64,000 nt of DNA from Candidatus Niyogibacteria bacterium (GCA_016214345.1 JACROR010000001.1:1264-65263), one strand, 5' to 3'; positions 37,220 through 48,789 are shown, counted from the first letter of the stretch. A program made the numbers and translations. Notes: generated by a model not told the origin, from the sequence alone.

Positions 37220-39043
37220 ATGAATGGAATAAAAATTCTTGGTATTGTGTGGGAAATGTGCAGTGGCGCGGCGCTTATGATAGATGGAAGGGTGATTGCT
37301 GCGGCAAGCGAAGAAAGATTCTCACGAGTAAAAAACGATGAGCGATACCCGCTACAGGCGATAGAATATGTACTAAAAGAGGGCGGGATAAAGCCTGAGG
37401 AATTAGACATAATTGCATTCGCTGGCACTATCTGGAATCCTCCATATGTTGCAACTAGACGGTACACAACATTCTCTCAAGAAGACAGGATTCGTGAGCA
37501 AAAAGAATATTGGCATCCACGCCTATATGAAAAAAGGGATGTAAAATATTTGGATATTTTCAAAGACAAAATAGACACCGACCAATATCCAGGTCCTCAG
37601 GATTGGGTACCAATCATAGATTTTCTAAAACACGACGCGAAGGAAGCATCAGACCAAAGAAAACACAACACACTGTTTTTCCAAGAAGCGCGACGATCGA
37701 TTGTCAGTAAACATTTATGCATATCTTCGGATAAAATTATTTTTATTGACCATCACAGCGCTCATGCTTTTTACGCATTTTTTGCAAGCCAAGAGAGAAA
37801 AAACAATACTTTAATCTTGACCGCTGACGCGTGGGGTGATGATGCAAACGCAACAATCAGTGTGGTGAAAGACGACAAGATTAAAAGATTGTCCGCGAGC
37901 AATAATTTTGCAGCTGCAAAGTTTTATCGTTATGTAACACTCATTTTAGGCATGAAGCCCGATGAGCATGAATATAAAGTAATGGGGCTCGCACCATACG
38001 CAAAAAAGCAACACATTGAAAAAGTATTGCAAATGTTTCAAGACACTCAATATGTGAACGGGCTTGAATTTAATTTCCACAAAAAGCCGACTGACAGCTA
38101 CTATCACTTCAAAGAATTATTTGAAGGACAAAGATTTGATACAATAGCAGGAGCATTGCAAAAATACACAGAAGATATCTTGCTTAAGTGGGCACAAAAC
38201 GCATTCGCTCTAACACAAAGCGTTGACATCTGCTTTGGTGGAGGAATTGCAATGAATGTGAAAGCAATGATGGAAATCAACTGTCTTCCTGGCGTAAATA
38301 GTCTTTTTGTGCCACCAACTCCTTCAGATGAATCACATGCGATAGGATGTATGTATGTTGCTATGTATTATGAGTGTCTGAAAAGAGGCCTGGATGTATT
38401 CAAAACAATAAAGCCCCTTTCAAACGCTTATCTTGGTCCGCGCATTACGGACGACAAACTTATCATCAACAAACGGCAAGAAGCGATTGAGGCAAATACT
38501 CCACCATCTCGCATTGCCGACCTTTTAGAGAAAGGCTATGTGATTGGTGTTGCGAGAGGCAGAAGTGAGTTTGGCGCAAGGGCTCTTGGCAACAGATCAA
38601 TTCTCGCAGACCCAAGAAATATATCTGTTGTAAGAAAAATAAATGAAATGATTAAAAGCCGAGATTTCTGGATGCCATTTGCGCCCGTCATTCTTGAAGA
38701 ACGCGCCAGCGATTATATTAATGGATATAAGAAAAACGTTGGCGCGCAATTCATGACCCTAGCATTTCAAACAACGCTTCTAGGTCAGCGAGATTTGACG
38801 GCGGGATTGCATCAAGCAGACCTAACCTCAAGACCACAGGTCTTAAAACCGGGAGTAAATCCTTTTTATGAAGAAATAATAAAGGAATTTCAAAAAAAGA
38901 CCGGGGTTGGAGGACTTCTTAATACTTCATTCAATCTTCACGGTGAACCAATCGTCCAAACCGCAGAAGATGCGATGAGGGTGTTCAATTTATCAAAACT
39001 AGATGGCCTTTTAATCAATGACGCATTAATAATGAAGCCTTGA
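37220..39043 (+). CDS. Carbamoyltransferase (NodU/CmcH family)
   Basis: EERFSRVK, HHSAHA, EYKVMGLAPY, GRSEFGARALGNRSILADP, LLNTSFNLHGEPIV. Confidence 0.92.
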   Translation: MNGIKILGIVWEMCSGAALMIDGRVIAAASEERFSRVKNDERYPLQAIEYVLKEGGIKPEELDIIAFAGTIWNPPYVATRRYTTFSQEDRIREQKEYWHPRLYEKRDVKYLDIFKDKIDTDQYPGPQDWVPIIDFLKHDAKEASDQRKHNTLFFQEARRSIVSKHLCISSDKIIFIDHHSAHAFYAFFASQERKNNTLILTADAWGDDANATISVVKDDKIKRLSASNNFAAAKFYRYVTLILGMKPDEHEYKVMGLAPYAKKQHIEKVLQMFQDTQYVNGLEFNFHKKPTDSYYHFKELFEGQRFDTIAGALQKYTEDILLKWAQNAFALTQSVDICFGGGIAMNVKAMMEINCLPGVNSLFVPPTPSDESHAIGCMYVAMYYECLKRGLDVFKTIKPLSNAYLGPRITDDKLIINKRQEAIEANTPPSRIADLLEKGYVIGVARGRSEFGARALGNRSILADPRNISVVRKINEMIKSRDFWMPFAPVILEERASDYINGYKKNVGAQFMTLAFQTTLLGQRDLTAGLHQADLTSRPQVLKPGVNPFYEEIIKEFQKKTGVGGLLNTSFNLHGEPIVQTAEDAMRVFNLSKLDGLLINDALIMKP

Positions 39044-39060
39044 TTAAAAAGATAGAATCT

Positions 39061-39087
39061 AAAACCACCAACATTGTTGGTGGTTTT
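39061..39087. terminator. Bidirectional terminator
   Basis: AAAACCACCAACA-T-TGTTGGTGGTTTT. Confidence 0.8.
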
Positions 39088-39135
39088 TTTATTTACTTTA
39101 ACTTCTATGAATTAAGAAACAAACGCATAAGAAAA

Positions 39136-39741
39136 TTAAGTAAGGCTCTTTATCTTTTTTTCTTTCCATATTTGATAATTAATCGCATCGTCAAAAGATA
39201 CAATATGTCCCTTATTACTATATTCTTTGATTTTTTGGAATTCCATATCTAATAATTCCAATCTTATTTTTGGTAATTCAATCTCAAACCATGGAATATT
39301 CCTTGCGGGAGCGTTAAAAATTAAAATTTCCAATTCTGCTTCTTGCATCGCCCTCAAAAAAGTGAGATACGCCCTATATTGGTGAAAGTGTGACGCTATA
39401 AGGATGATACTTTGCCAATTATTTTCTTTAATTAATCTCATAACATTAATCGCCTGTGCCCTGGTATACAAAGACTCTACTTCTAAAATAATATTCTTTG
39501 GTTTTATACTGCACTTATCCAAAATATACTTTTTAAGCTTCTCACCATGAAAGGAGCCGATGCTATCCCCCTCCAACCCCCCTGAGATAATAATCTTATC
39601 GGCATATTTAGATTCAAAAAGTTCTATCGCCCTATCAGCGCGATAATAAAAATCCCCCTCCAATACAACAATAACATCGGAAGGAAATAAAAAATCACCG
39701 CCAACAAAAGACATTAATTGTTCTCTTTTTGATAATTTCAT
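39136..39741 (-). CDS. YdcF/DUF218 family protein
   Basis: DVIVVLEG, RADRAIELF, IIISGG, EVESLYT, SHFHQYRA. Confidence 0.8.
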   Translation of the reverse strand: MKLSKREQLMSFVGGDFLFPSDVIVVLEGDFYYRADRAIELFESKYADKIIISGGLEGDSIGSFHGEKLKKYILDKCSIKPKNIILEVESLYTRAQAINVMRLIKENNWQSIILIASHFHQYRAYLTFLRAMQEAELEILIFNAPARNIPWFEIELPKIRLELLDMEFQKIKEYSNKGHIVSFDDAINYQIWKEKKIKSLT

Positions 39742-39815
39742 ACACCTTAAAAGCTCCTATTGAATACGCGCACGAGTTGAATCCTTAAAATATATAGTAT
39801 AACATATATTTTATT

Positions 39816-41315
39816 ATGAAAGTTTGTTTTGTGCTACAAAATAGATTCGCCTACCCTGGCCACGCAATGATAAAAACCCTCAAAAAAAAATATGGGGAGG
39901 AGGAATTCTGTGGCTATGTTTATACGAGACCGAGTTTCAATTTCCTTACCTCTCAAAAAGAAATAATATATTCGCGTCTACTGCTTGATGACGATATACA
40001 TTCCAAATACAAAACTGAACAACTAGACCTCCCATACATACAATGGATAGAAAAAGAATTTGGACTTCCCAATCTGTGGGCATACGTTGAACTGGATCGC
40101 ATCGTGCGATATGGTTTATTCGTACGAGAATACCCGCACAACACTCCGCCTTATACGCACGAAGAGATGCTTCGCATTATACAAGTAAAATCAAAGGCGA
40201 TTTTGAAATTTTTGGAAGAAGAAAGGCCTGATTTTATAGTTTTTTCTGTCATGGGCGATATCGGCATGCTTCTATTGTATCATATGGCAAAAAAACGAGG
40301 CATCAAAATACTCTACATAACAGAACCGCGCATCAATGCGCAATTTACCATATCCAATTATTACAACGGAATTGATTCCATAGAAGAAGCATTCAAAACC
40401 AACATCGATGAATCATACATAAACCAAGCAAAAAAGTTCCTTGATTCATTTCGTCAAAATCCTGTTTCGCCCAACTCAATCGATACGCCGCAAGCAAGAG
40501 CAATAACAAAAAGGCAACAATTTAAATTTTTGTCTCCAAAAAGATTTATCCGTTCTTTTTTATGGACTATTCGTGTGTTTTTAGATTATGCGAAAAACAG
40601 ACACAAAAACGACTACACTGAAATAAAGCCGTGGTACTATATATTAGATCATGTAAAAAGAAAAATGAGAGTATTACGGGGTTTTAATGATCTCTACGAT
40701 AAAATTGACTTAAAAGAAGACTACGCATTTTTTCCGCTACAAGTAGAACCGGAGATAAGTAGCCTGCTACTTGCGCCATTTTATACAGACCAGTTATGGC
40801 TTGCTAAACAAATAGCCCGATCTCTTCCGATTCATTTTAAACTTTATATTAAAGAACATCCTGCAATGTTTGGCTATCGTACGCGTAGTTTTTACAAAGA
40901 ACTTAAAAAAATTCCAAATGTCAAACTTATTGACCCGTGCATTACGAGTTTCAATATCACAAAGAATGCAAAATTAATAGTTACGCAAACCGGTGGTGTT
41001 GGTTGGGAAGGCTTATTTTTCAAAAAACCAGTAATAACTTTTGGTAATATATTTTATAATATTTTACCGATGACAAAAAAATGTAAAGCGATTGAGGACC
41101 TCCCGCATATAATTAAAGAACAATTAGAAAACTTTCATTACGATGAGAAACTGCTTATAAAACTTATAGCTGCCTCTTACCAAGAGAGCGCGCATGTTGA
41201 CCTTGTGCAAATATGGGAAATTGACGGCGGTGGAAAAATGGATGAAAAAGAAAATCAACTCATGCCTTTAACAGATTTGCTAGCAAAAAAAATGGGATTA
41301 AAAAAGCCTAATTAA
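39816..41315 (+). CDS. Capsule polysaccharide biosynthesis protein (KpsS/Capsule_synth-like GT-B)
   Basis: FFPLQVEPE, YIKEHP, TGGVGWEG, KPVITFG. Confidence 0.75.
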   Translation: MKVCFVLQNRFAYPGHAMIKTLKKKYGEEEFCGYVYTRPSFNFLTSQKEIIYSRLLLDDDIHSKYKTEQLDLPYIQWIEKEFGLPNLWAYVELDRIVRYGLFVREYPHNTPPYTHEEMLRIIQVKSKAILKFLEEERPDFIVFSVMGDIGMLLLYHMAKKRGIKILYITEPRINAQFTISNYYNGIDSIEEAFKTNIDESYINQAKKFLDSFRQNPVSPNSIDTPQARAITKRQQFKFLSPKRFIRSFLWTIRVFLDYAKNRHKNDYTEIKPWYYILDHVKRKMRVLRGFNDLYDKIDLKEDYAFFPLQVEPEISSLLLAPFYTDQLWLAKQIARSLPIHFKLYIKEHPAMFGYRTRSFYKELKKIPNVKLIDPCITSFNITKNAKLIVTQTGGVGWEGLFFKKPVITFGNIFYNILPMTKKCKAIEDLPHIIKEQLENFHYDEKLLIKLIAASYQESAHVDLVQIWEIDGGGKMDEKENQLMPLTDLLAKKMGLKKPN

Positions 41316-41324
41316 ACATAATTT

Positions 41325-42182
41325 TTGGACATAATATCAAAACTAAGAAAAATTTATAGAAAATTCATTCATCTGCCATGGGTAGACAAATTGATCTATG
41401 TCATTTTGGATGCATTAACCAACATATACGCGCATTCGGCTAAATTTTATTTTCCAAAAAATTATATACGAAAATGGAAATTGAATATGTTGTGGGGCAA
41501 ATATGAACCCGAAACCTACAAACTCTTCAAACACATCGTAAAATCCGGCATGGTGGTGATTGACATCGGCACGCACATCGGATATTTTACCCGCCTATTT
41601 TCAAAACTTACTAAACAGGGCGGTTTAGTCTACGCGCTGGAAGCAGACCCAGAAAATTTTTCTTTGTTGCAAAAAAACACCGCTCATTTGAAAAATGTCT
41701 GCGCAATCAAAATAGCAGTCACAGATAAAAAGGGTGAGATCAATTTCTATAGAAGCGAGAAAACCGGCTGCCACAGCACCATTCCAAATACCGAACAGCA
41801 AAAAGAAGTAATTACCGTTCTCGCCACCGATCTCGACAGTTTATTACTAGATACTGAACAGATATCGAAAATAGACCTGATCAAGATGGACATTGAAGGT
41901 GGCGAAATGGCGGCCCTCCGCGGTATGAAAAAGATCATCGGCGCAAATCCAGAGATCGCGCTCGTCGTAGAATTCAACCCGGGATGCCTAAAAATGGCGA
42001 AGGTTATACCGACCGATTTTATTAAAACATTGCGTGATCTTGGCTTTAAAATTTTCTCCATCCAATCCAAAGATCTAATAGAGATCGGGCCGCAAGAAAA
42101 CTTCCCGGAAAAATATCTCCTACCGGGAGCGACCTTCGTTAATCTATACTGCGTAAAAGGATCGGTACAGGAACGATCCTAA
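41325..42182 (+). CDS. FkbM family methyltransferase
   Basis: YEPET, IDIGTHIG, LEADP, IKMDIEGGE. Confidence 0.9.
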   Translation: MDIISKLRKIYRKFIHLPWVDKLIYVILDALTNIYAHSAKFYFPKNYIRKWKLNMLWGKYEPETYKLFKHIVKSGMVVIDIGTHIGYFTRLFSKLTKQGGLVYALEADPENFSLLQKNTAHLKNVCAIKIAVTDKKGEINFYRSEKTGCHSTIPNTEQQKEVITVLATDLDSLLLDTEQISKIDLIKMDIEGGEMAALRGMKKIIGANPEIALVVEFNPGCLKMAKVIPTDFIKTLRDLGFKIFSIQSKDLIEIGPQENFPEKYLLPGATFVNLYCVKGSVQERS

Positions 42183-43348
42183 ACCAAAGATTCGATCACT
42201 GCGTTCAATTTGCGTCCCAATACGCGATAATCCAAACTCTGTGCGCGTACTAAAATATCTTTGGATAACTTGATTCGAAGACCCTCGTCTTTGCCGAGCT
42301 TCTCTATTTTTTTAGCAAGATCAATGTGATCATTGGGATTGAACGTCAGCGCCGATCCGGCGGTCAGCCACTCGAGCGCCCCGCCACCGGGAATTATACA
42401 AGGAATGCCAAAAGCCATCGCTTCCGTTAAAAGCGCCGAACCATATTCCATCCACCACTTGGGAAAAACGAAGATCTGCGTTGCGAGGAAAAATTCAAAC
42501 ATTTTTTCTCGCGCCACCCAGCCCGGAAATGAAAAATATTTTCCCAAGCCCAGATCGCGCACCATGCTCTCCAAACGCTCCTTGTCTGGTCCGCCGCCGC
42601 TCATCACAACGCGATATTTTTCTTTATTAGAAAGAGTGGCAAATGCTTTGATCACCAGATCGAATCCTTTTTCCGGAAACATACGTCCAGTACAAAATAT
42701 TTGGATGATATCGCAGGAACGCTGACGCCTCTCCACGAACTCATCCATAATATGATGACGCTCTATAATGCCTTTCATGTCCACAAAATCCTCTATCACA
42801 GAAGTTTTTTTGCTGTCCACCCCGAAATCAACATACATTTTCTCAACCATCGGCGTATTGAAAATAAACGCATCCAAATGATTGGCCATAGGAATACCGA
42901 TCCGGCGCTCCATAAATGATCTAATTTTTTTCTTTAAAGTTTTAAAGAAAGAAACACGCGCGGGATTGCCCGTCATATCCGCCCAACAATTAAGACGAAC
43001 GTTAAAAAATGCCGCAACGGGTTTCAGCCCGCCCAACATGCGATAAAGTCCTCCTCCATACAAAAACATATGCCCATCTATATAAAACGCGTCGGCGGCA
43101 CTTTCATATTTTTTCAACAAGCCGTAAATCCCGCTCTGCATGCTAAGTAAAGTCCCTTTGGGAGCGATATTTTCTTCCACCACTTTATACGGCAAGTCTA
43201 TGGAAATTTTATTCGCGCGTGAAAACGCCGTAACCACCGTAACATCATGCTCCTCATCCTGCAAGCTCTTTGCCTTCCAATGCAGATCAAGCACCGAACC
43301 GCCGGCGGTTTCAAAATTCAATTTTGAGGTGATTAAAATAATCCTCAC
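42179..43348 (-). CDS. Glycosyltransferase family 4
   Basis: GRMFPEKG, GGGPDK, EYGSALLTEAMAFG. Confidence 0.85.
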   Translation of the reverse strand: MRIILITSKLNFETAGGSVLDLHWKAKSLQDEEHDVTVVTAFSRANKISIDLPYKVVEENIAPKGTLLSMQSGIYGLLKKYESAADAFYIDGHMFLYGGGLYRMLGGLKPVAAFFNVRLNCWADMTGNPARVSFFKTLKKKIRSFMERRIGIPMANHLDAFIFNTPMVEKMYVDFGVDSKKTSVIEDFVDMKGIIERHHIMDEFVERRQRSCDIIQIFCTGRMFPEKGFDLVIKAFATLSNKEKYRVVMSGGGPDKERLESMVRDLGLGKYFSFPGWVAREKMFEFFLATQIFVFPKWWMEYGSALLTEAMAFGIPCIIPGGGALEWLTAGSALTFNPNDHIDLAKKIEKLGKDEGLRIKLSKDILVRAQSLDYRVLGRKLNAVIESLV

Positions 43349-43743
43349 TATATAAAAACTTTATCGTCAACAAAAGGGCCATTCTTCAACTCGAATATTT
43401 CCGCGTCCTGCATAACACGCACCCCATGACCTCCGCGCAATATGATCAAGGCCTCACCCGCTTTAACATAAACATATTTAAAGATCTTTTTATTAGGCGC
43501 ATAAAAATCCACCCTGATCTTTCCTCTTCTCACTACCAAACATTCCTGAAGCATCTTAGTAATTCTTCTTTTAGAAATATGCGCATGCGGTTTGATCTGA
43601 TAACCTTTTTTATGTTTCAAAGTGAGTAATTGCAAAAACTCTGCGTCACTCGTAACAGGAACGGAGCCCTTGGGAAGGGCCTTTACACGAATCGCGGCCA
43701 GGATGTTCTTGTAAAAAATTTTTTCCACCCCAACACTATTCAT
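43348..43743 (-). CDS. Cupin-fold protein (WbuC-like sugar isomerase)
   Basis: HKKGYQIKPHAH, QECL, GGHG, ELKNGPF. Confidence 0.7.
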   Translation of the reverse strand: MNSVGVEKIFYKNILAAIRVKALPKGSVPVTSDAEFLQLLTLKHKKGYQIKPHAHISKRRITKMLQECLVVRRGKIRVDFYAPNKKIFKYVYVKAGEALIILRGGHGVRVMQDAEIFELKNGPFVDDKVFI

Positions 43744-43746
43744 TGA

Positions 43747-44814
43747 TCAAGAAATGTGAAATCTACGATCTTCGCTATGAACATTTTTTAATTTGGCCTC
43801 ACGACTCACATAATTAAAATCCTCTTCGATCATCATCTGCGTCAATTTACTGAAAGTTACTCGCGGCTGCCAGCCCAAAACCTCGCGCGCCTTCGCCGCA
43901 TCGCCCAACAAAAGGTCCACTTCATTCGGTCTGAAATGCTTGGGATCTATTTCAATAATGGTTTTGCCGGTTATCTTATCAATACCCTTTTCATCCAAAC
44001 CGGAACCAGTCCACGCAATCTCTATATCCAAATGCTTTGCCGCCCCCTCCACAAATTCCCTAACGGTATGCGTCTCACCAGTGGCGATCACAAAATCGTC
44101 CGGCTTGTCATGCTGTAATATTTTCCACATCGCCTCTACATAATCTTTGGAGTGCCCCCAATCGCGCTTAGCATCCAAATTGCCAAGCATTAATTTCGGC
44201 TGTATGCCCAATTTAATGTTGGACAACCCTAAAGTGATCTTGCGCGTCACAAAATTAAAACCGCGACGCGGCGACTCATGATTAAAAAGTATGCCATTGG
44301 AAGCAAAGATGCCATAGCCCTCACGGAAGATTTTCGTAATATAAAAAGCGAATACCTTTGAGAGACCGTACGGCGATTGCGGATTGAATTGCGTGATCTC
44401 GTTCTGGGGAACGGCTAAAACTTTTCCGAACATCTCGGACGAACTTGCCTGATAATATTTTGTTTTTAAGCCGAGAGTACGAATGGTTTCCAAAATGCGC
44501 AACGGTCCCAGCGCGTTTACATTCACCGTATACTCCGGTTTATCAAAACTAATCCTGACATGACTTTGAGCGGCCAAGTTATAAATCTCGTCCGGTTTAA
44601 CAACGTACAAAATGCGCGTCAGATTGGAGCTGTCCGAAAGATCCCCATACATCATGTACAGATTGGGATGCGAGACATGATCAATGCGCTGCGTATTGGG
44701 CATGCTCGCGCGCCGCTGAACGCCATAAACTTCATATCCTTTTTCTAACAGAAGTTCGGTTAAATAAGAGCCATCTTGTCCGGTTATTCCCGTTATTAAT
44801 GCCTTTTTTGTCAT
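43747..44814 (-). CDS. gmd: GDP-mannose 4,6-dehydratase
   Basis: [41 protein letters not shown]. Confidence 0.95.
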   Translation of the reverse strand: MTKKALITGITGQDGSYLTELLLEKGYEVYGVQRRASMPNTQRIDHVSHPNLYMMYGDLSDSSNLTRILYVVKPDEIYNLAAQSHVRISFDKPEYTVNVNALGPLRILETIRTLGLKTKYYQASSSEMFGKVLAVPQNEITQFNPQSPYGLSKVFAFYITKIFREGYGIFASNGILFNHESPRRGFNFVTRKITLGLSNIKLGIQPKLMLGNLDAKRDWGHSKDYVEAMWKILQHDKPDDFVIATGETHTVREFVEGAAKHLDIEIAWTGSGLDEKGIDKITGKTIIEIDPKHFRPNEVDLLLGDAAKAREVLGWQPRVTFSKLTQMMIEEDFNYVSREAKLKNVHSEDRRFHIS

Positions 44815-44860
44815 CTTTTACAATATAGCAAATAATAAAAAAGTTGCAATATGAATCATT

Positions 44861-45664
44861 TTATGCGATAAAATTTTTTATCAATGATTCAATATCCTCC
44901 GCATCCAAACTCCATCCTAATGCACCATAATTCTCTTTCAAATGTTCCACACTACTAGCCCTCGGTATGGCCACAATGCCCTTGGACATTGTCCAATTCA
45001 ACGCGACCTGAACAGGAGTTTTGTCGTATTTTTTTGCCAAATTTCGCAATAATTCGTTGTGCTCTTCCGCCAATTTACCCTTAGCAAGAGGCCTATATGC
45101 GATGACTTGAATATTATTTGCCCGGCAATATGGAATAATATCCTGTTCGACAGAACGTTCTATTAAATTATATTCCACCTCATTTGCCGCAAGCTTCGTA
45201 TGCTCTAAATATTTTTGCGCCTCCTTCATCAATGCCACCGAAAAATTACTTACCCCTATATGATGCGCCAAGCCCTTGTCCGCCAAATACTCCATGGCTT
45301 TCATGGTTTCTTTAAGAGGCACTTCCTCGTTCGGCCAATGCACCAAATAAAGATCAATGTAATCCGTCCGTAACCGTTTCAGACTACCTTCGGCCGCTTT
45401 CAAAACATCGTCATAACGAAGATGAATCTTCCAAACCTTGCTTATTATAAAAATTTCTTCTCGTTTATAACCCTGTATGGCTTCGCCCACGATCTCCTCC
45501 GTCATTCCCTCGCCATATAATTCCGCCACATCGATCAGCCGAATACCCACATCTAAGCCCGCCCTTAAAATCTCTACGGATTCTTTGATATTGGACGAAT
45601 CTTTCTCCCATTTTCCACCCATCCCCCAAGTACCCATTCCCAATAGTGGCATTTCCATGATCAT
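44861..45664 (-). CDS. Aldo/keto reductase
   Basis: GMGTWGMG, IDVAELYG, SKV, DLYLVHWP, IGVSNF, AYRPL. Confidence 0.9.
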   Translation of the reverse strand: MIMEMPLLGMGTWGMGGKWEKDSSNIKESVEILRAGLDVGIRLIDVAELYGEGMTEEIVGEAIQGYKREEIFIISKVWKIHLRYDDVLKAAEGSLKRLRTDYIDLYLVHWPNEEVPLKETMKAMEYLADKGLAHHIGVSNFSVALMKEAQKYLEHTKLAANEVEYNLIERSVEQDIIPYCRANNIQVIAYRPLAKGKLAEEHNELLRNLAKKYDKTPVQVALNWTMSKGIVAIPRASSVEHLKENYGALGWSLDAEDIESLIKNFIA

Positions 45665-45670
45665 CCAAAC

Positions 45671-46882
45671 TTATTTGATTATTACTTTAGGAGTCGGGAT
45701 AATAAATTTTCCTTTATAGCCGTTCCTCCTGATCTTTGGGATAAGTTCATCGGCTAAATTCCAGGATAGCATCAGCGCGTACTCGGGCTGTTCGGCAAAA
45801 AGCCGCGCCTCTTCCACCACGGGAATGCGCATACCGGGAGAAAAAAGACCAATTTTTAACTCGCTTTTCTCTACCAAATAATCAATGATGTCAGGCCCTA
45901 GCCGGCAGAAATTCAACAAAGTGTTTCCCTTGGCGGGCGCGCCTATGCCCACAATTTTTTTACCGGCGCTTTTTTGTTCCAAAATAAATTTCTGCAAGTC
46001 TAATTTATTTTGGCGCACTCTCGCCGCAAAATCCGCGTAAGCCCTGCCGCCATATAACCCAAAACGTTCTTCCAAATCCAACAAGCCCTTCACGCCTTGC
46101 CCGATTTCACGACTTCCTTTTTTGGCGGCGTAAACGCGGATGGAGCCACCATGGCTTGGAATGCGTTCCGCATCAAATATTTCCATACCAAATTTATCAA
46201 ACAAAATATTTAACGGGCGCAGAGCATAATAACGTAAATGTTCGTGATAAATAGAATCGTATTGCAATTTTTCCACCAGATCCAAAACATATCCGGATTC
46301 TGATACAAAAACTCCCTCCGCATCCAATAATTCATAAATTCCCGCCATGAAATCATCAAGGCCGATCACGTGCGCAAGGACATTGGTGGCAGTAACCACT
46401 TTAGCCCTTCCGTTTTCTTTCACCACCCGCTTGGCAACCTCCAAAGAGAAAAAATCGTTTATAGTAGGAATATTGTTCGCCAAAGCCAATTTAGCGGCGC
46501 TGGAAGGATCAACCCCCAAAACTTTCACACCAAACGGCATATAATATGAAAGAAGCGTGCCATCATTAGAACCCACGTCCACCGCCAGATCTCCTTTTTT
46601 CAAATTAAAACGACCGACCAGCGATCCTACCAAAGTTTTAAAATTAACTTTCAACGCGTTATTTGTGGCGGTGTTATAAACATAATCACGGAACAGCTTC
46701 TCCGGATCAACCGCATAATTTAATTGCGCCAATCCGCAACTCTGGCAAACACAAAATTCCAAAGGATAAACAACTTCGGGTCGTGACAAATCTTCCCTGC
46801 GCAAAAATGCATCACTGGGCGGCTGCTGCCCCAGATCCAACACGGACACTAAATTTTCTTTTCCGCAAATATAACAAGCCAT
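45671..46882 (-). CDS. NDP-sugar C-methyltransferase (NovU/EryBIII type)
   Basis: CYICG, DLGQQP, CQSC, VGSNDG, YHEHL, HGGSIR, GAPAKGNTLLN. Confidence 0.88.
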   Translation of the reverse strand: MACYICGKENLVSVLDLGQQPPSDAFLRREDLSRPEVVYPLEFCVCQSCGLAQLNYAVDPEKLFRDYVYNTATNNALKVNFKTLVGSLVGRFNLKKGDLAVDVGSNDGTLLSYYMPFGVKVLGVDPSSAAKLALANNIPTINDFFSLEVAKRVVKENGRAKVVTATNVLAHVIGLDDFMAGIYELLDAEGVFVSESGYVLDLVEKLQYDSIYHEHLRYYALRPLNILFDKFGMEIFDAERIPSHGGSIRVYAAKKGSREIGQGVKGLLDLEERFGLYGGRAYADFAARVRQNKLDLQKFILEQKSAGKKIVGIGAPAKGNTLLNFCRLGPDIIDYLVEKSELKIGLFSPGMRIPVVEEARLFAEQPEYALMLSWNLADELIPKIRRNGYKGKFIIPTPKVIIK

Positions 46883-46886
46883 GTAT

Positions 46887-48716
46887 TTATTTAATCAATG
46901 AATATCCAAATAAATTATTAGACGTAAATACTAACTCTGGACCGCTTAATTGGTCAATGACATTCTTCGGCAAAGGACCTACGGATAAAATATAATCTAA
47001 CCTGTAACGCATCAACTCTTTCTTGAAGTCTCGCGCCATAAATTGCCGATAGTCCGCCGGAAATCGCGCCAGACGTTCTTCCAGTAATTTATCGGAAAAA
47101 TCCGGAAAATCTTTGACATTGAAAAGTCCCTGCCAATTAGTATAGAGGCATCCCGTCGCTTCTCCCCTGTTTTGCCGTAAATAATCCTCAATGCCATTTG
47201 CCGGCACACCCTTTAATCGCAACTCTATCAAATAATTATGAAGCGACCGCTCATAGGGCATTAGGGAGAAGGTTTCTGTCGAAGCATATCGGTTGCAATG
47301 GCTTAACGCAGGAATTAAGACATTTAGCGCGTCTCCCTCTGGTCCATCTTCGCGTATTAAAACCACGCAATCTTTTTCTTGAGAATTTAACCACGCGAAA
47401 AGCGGCGCGTAAGACTGCTGATGCAAATTATATGCATAGCCGTGGCGATAAGCGCTCGCTTGCGTATAAATCCCGTACGATAAGGATACAACTATGATAA
47501 TGCCAATGCTCAACTTCCAAAAAAATAAAGATTCTTTTCGGACAATATTGTACAAAATCAACATCACCACCACTATGGCAAGCGGTATGGAATATTGCAC
47601 GAAATGATACGGCCAAATTGTTCTACCAGTTATAATCTGTTCGCTAAAAGCCCACAAAGAACCGAAAATAAAAGCAAAGCAGAATAAGTGCCAGTTCCGG
47701 AACGAACCAAAAATTCTATTTCTCAAAGCCGCCGTTTTATCCGAATACTTTAATGCGGAAAATAGAACTGCCAAAACATATGCCACCAAAACCGCAAGCA
47801 TCAATTTATTCAGCAGAGGATAATGCGTCAAGAAAAGCCCGCTTCGCAGAACCGATTCGGCATACCAGGAACTTTTGCTCGCCTGCCAAGACGAATACCA
47901 ATAAGGCGACGCGAGCAAAATGGCCGCAAGCAATGTATATGTTAAATTTTTAGCGGTCTGAAATTTCCCTTGAATTGAATACATTAAAATAAGCATCGCC
48001 AGGACGGACAAGGCCATGCCCCAGCTGAAAAAATAACTCCCCATCATCAAAGCCAAAAAAACGGATGCACTGAATATACTCACCGCCCGTCGCCCCGACT
48101 GCTGAATGATTTTCCAAACCAAGATCAAAAAAGAAAACAGGAATATCGCCCCCAATATCGGATTTACCGGCCGCGCCCACAATAAAAATCCGCCTATGTC
48201 ATTTTGACCTGAAAGCACCGACCATAAATGCCGATAATCGACCAGATCATAACCAAGAACAATAAAAAGCGCTCCAGCTATGGCATTAATCTTACGCGCC
48301 AAAAAATCGTCGCCTTCGCTTAGGCGATAAATCAAAAAATATGCCAACAAAAATAAAATTAACGGTAAAATAAATTTGCTTGCCAATAAAATATCTTTTG
48401 CCGGCCAACGCAACAAAAAAGCCGGGATGGCATAGAACATCTCGCCTACCGGAGGCGATAACGGCCATTCATTTTTGTATTCAAAAAAGAAAGGCGACCC
48501 AAGCGCCGGATGTCCATCCAAAATATCCTGTATGCGCGCCAGATAAGAACCTTCGTTCGGAGTCTGCATCGCGGGCACCCCCTGATAATGCGATCCCAGA
48601 GAAAAAATTAAAAATATATAAGGCGCCAAATAGATCACGCCAACCAGCAATGCCACGCAATAGGCCAGCTTGTGCCTTATAACGCTCTCCCAAAAATAAT
48701 TAACAGCATATCGCAT
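46887..48716 (-). CDS. Polytopic membrane protein, GT-C-like glycosyltransferase candidate
   Basis: About 12 TM; N-terminal loop NEGSYLARI; soluble C-terminus ending YRLDYIL. Confidence 0.55.
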   Translation of the reverse strand: MRYAVNYFWESVIRHKLAYCVALLVGVIYLAPYIFLIFSLGSHYQGVPAMQTPNEGSYLARIQDILDGHPALGSPFFFEYKNEWPLSPPVGEMFYAIPAFLLRWPAKDILLASKFILPLILFLLAYFLIYRLSEGDDFLARKINAIAGALFIVLGYDLVDYRHLWSVLSGQNDIGGFLLWARPVNPILGAIFLFSFLILVWKIIQQSGRRAVSIFSASVFLALMMGSYFFSWGMALSVLAMLILMYSIQGKFQTAKNLTYTLLAAILLASPYWYSSWQASKSSWYAESVLRSGLFLTHYPLLNKLMLAVLVAYVLAVLFSALKYSDKTAALRNRIFGSFRNWHLFCFAFIFGSLWAFSEQIITGRTIWPYHFVQYSIPLAIVVVMLILYNIVRKESLFFWKLSIGIIIVVSLSYGIYTQASAYRHGYAYNLHQQSYAPLFAWLNSQEKDCVVLIREDGPEGDALNVLIPALSHCNRYASTETFSLMPYERSLHNYLIELRLKGVPANGIEDYLRQNRGEATGCLYTNWQGLFNVKDFPDFSDKLLEERLARFPADYRQFMARDFKKELMRYRLDYILSVGPLPKNVIDQLSGPELVFTSNNLFGYSLIK

Positions 48717-48754
48717 TATTTCAATATTATCATAAATAATGGCTTAAATGTATT

Positions 48755-48784
48755 AAAAATCCCTCGCCTTATTCCGGCGAGGGA
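48755..48784 (-). terminator. Terminator after the gmhA-gmhB-tal operon
   Basis: TCCCTCGCC / GGCGAGGGA stem with a T tract on the minus strand. Confidence 0.7.
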
Positions 48785-48789
48785 CCATC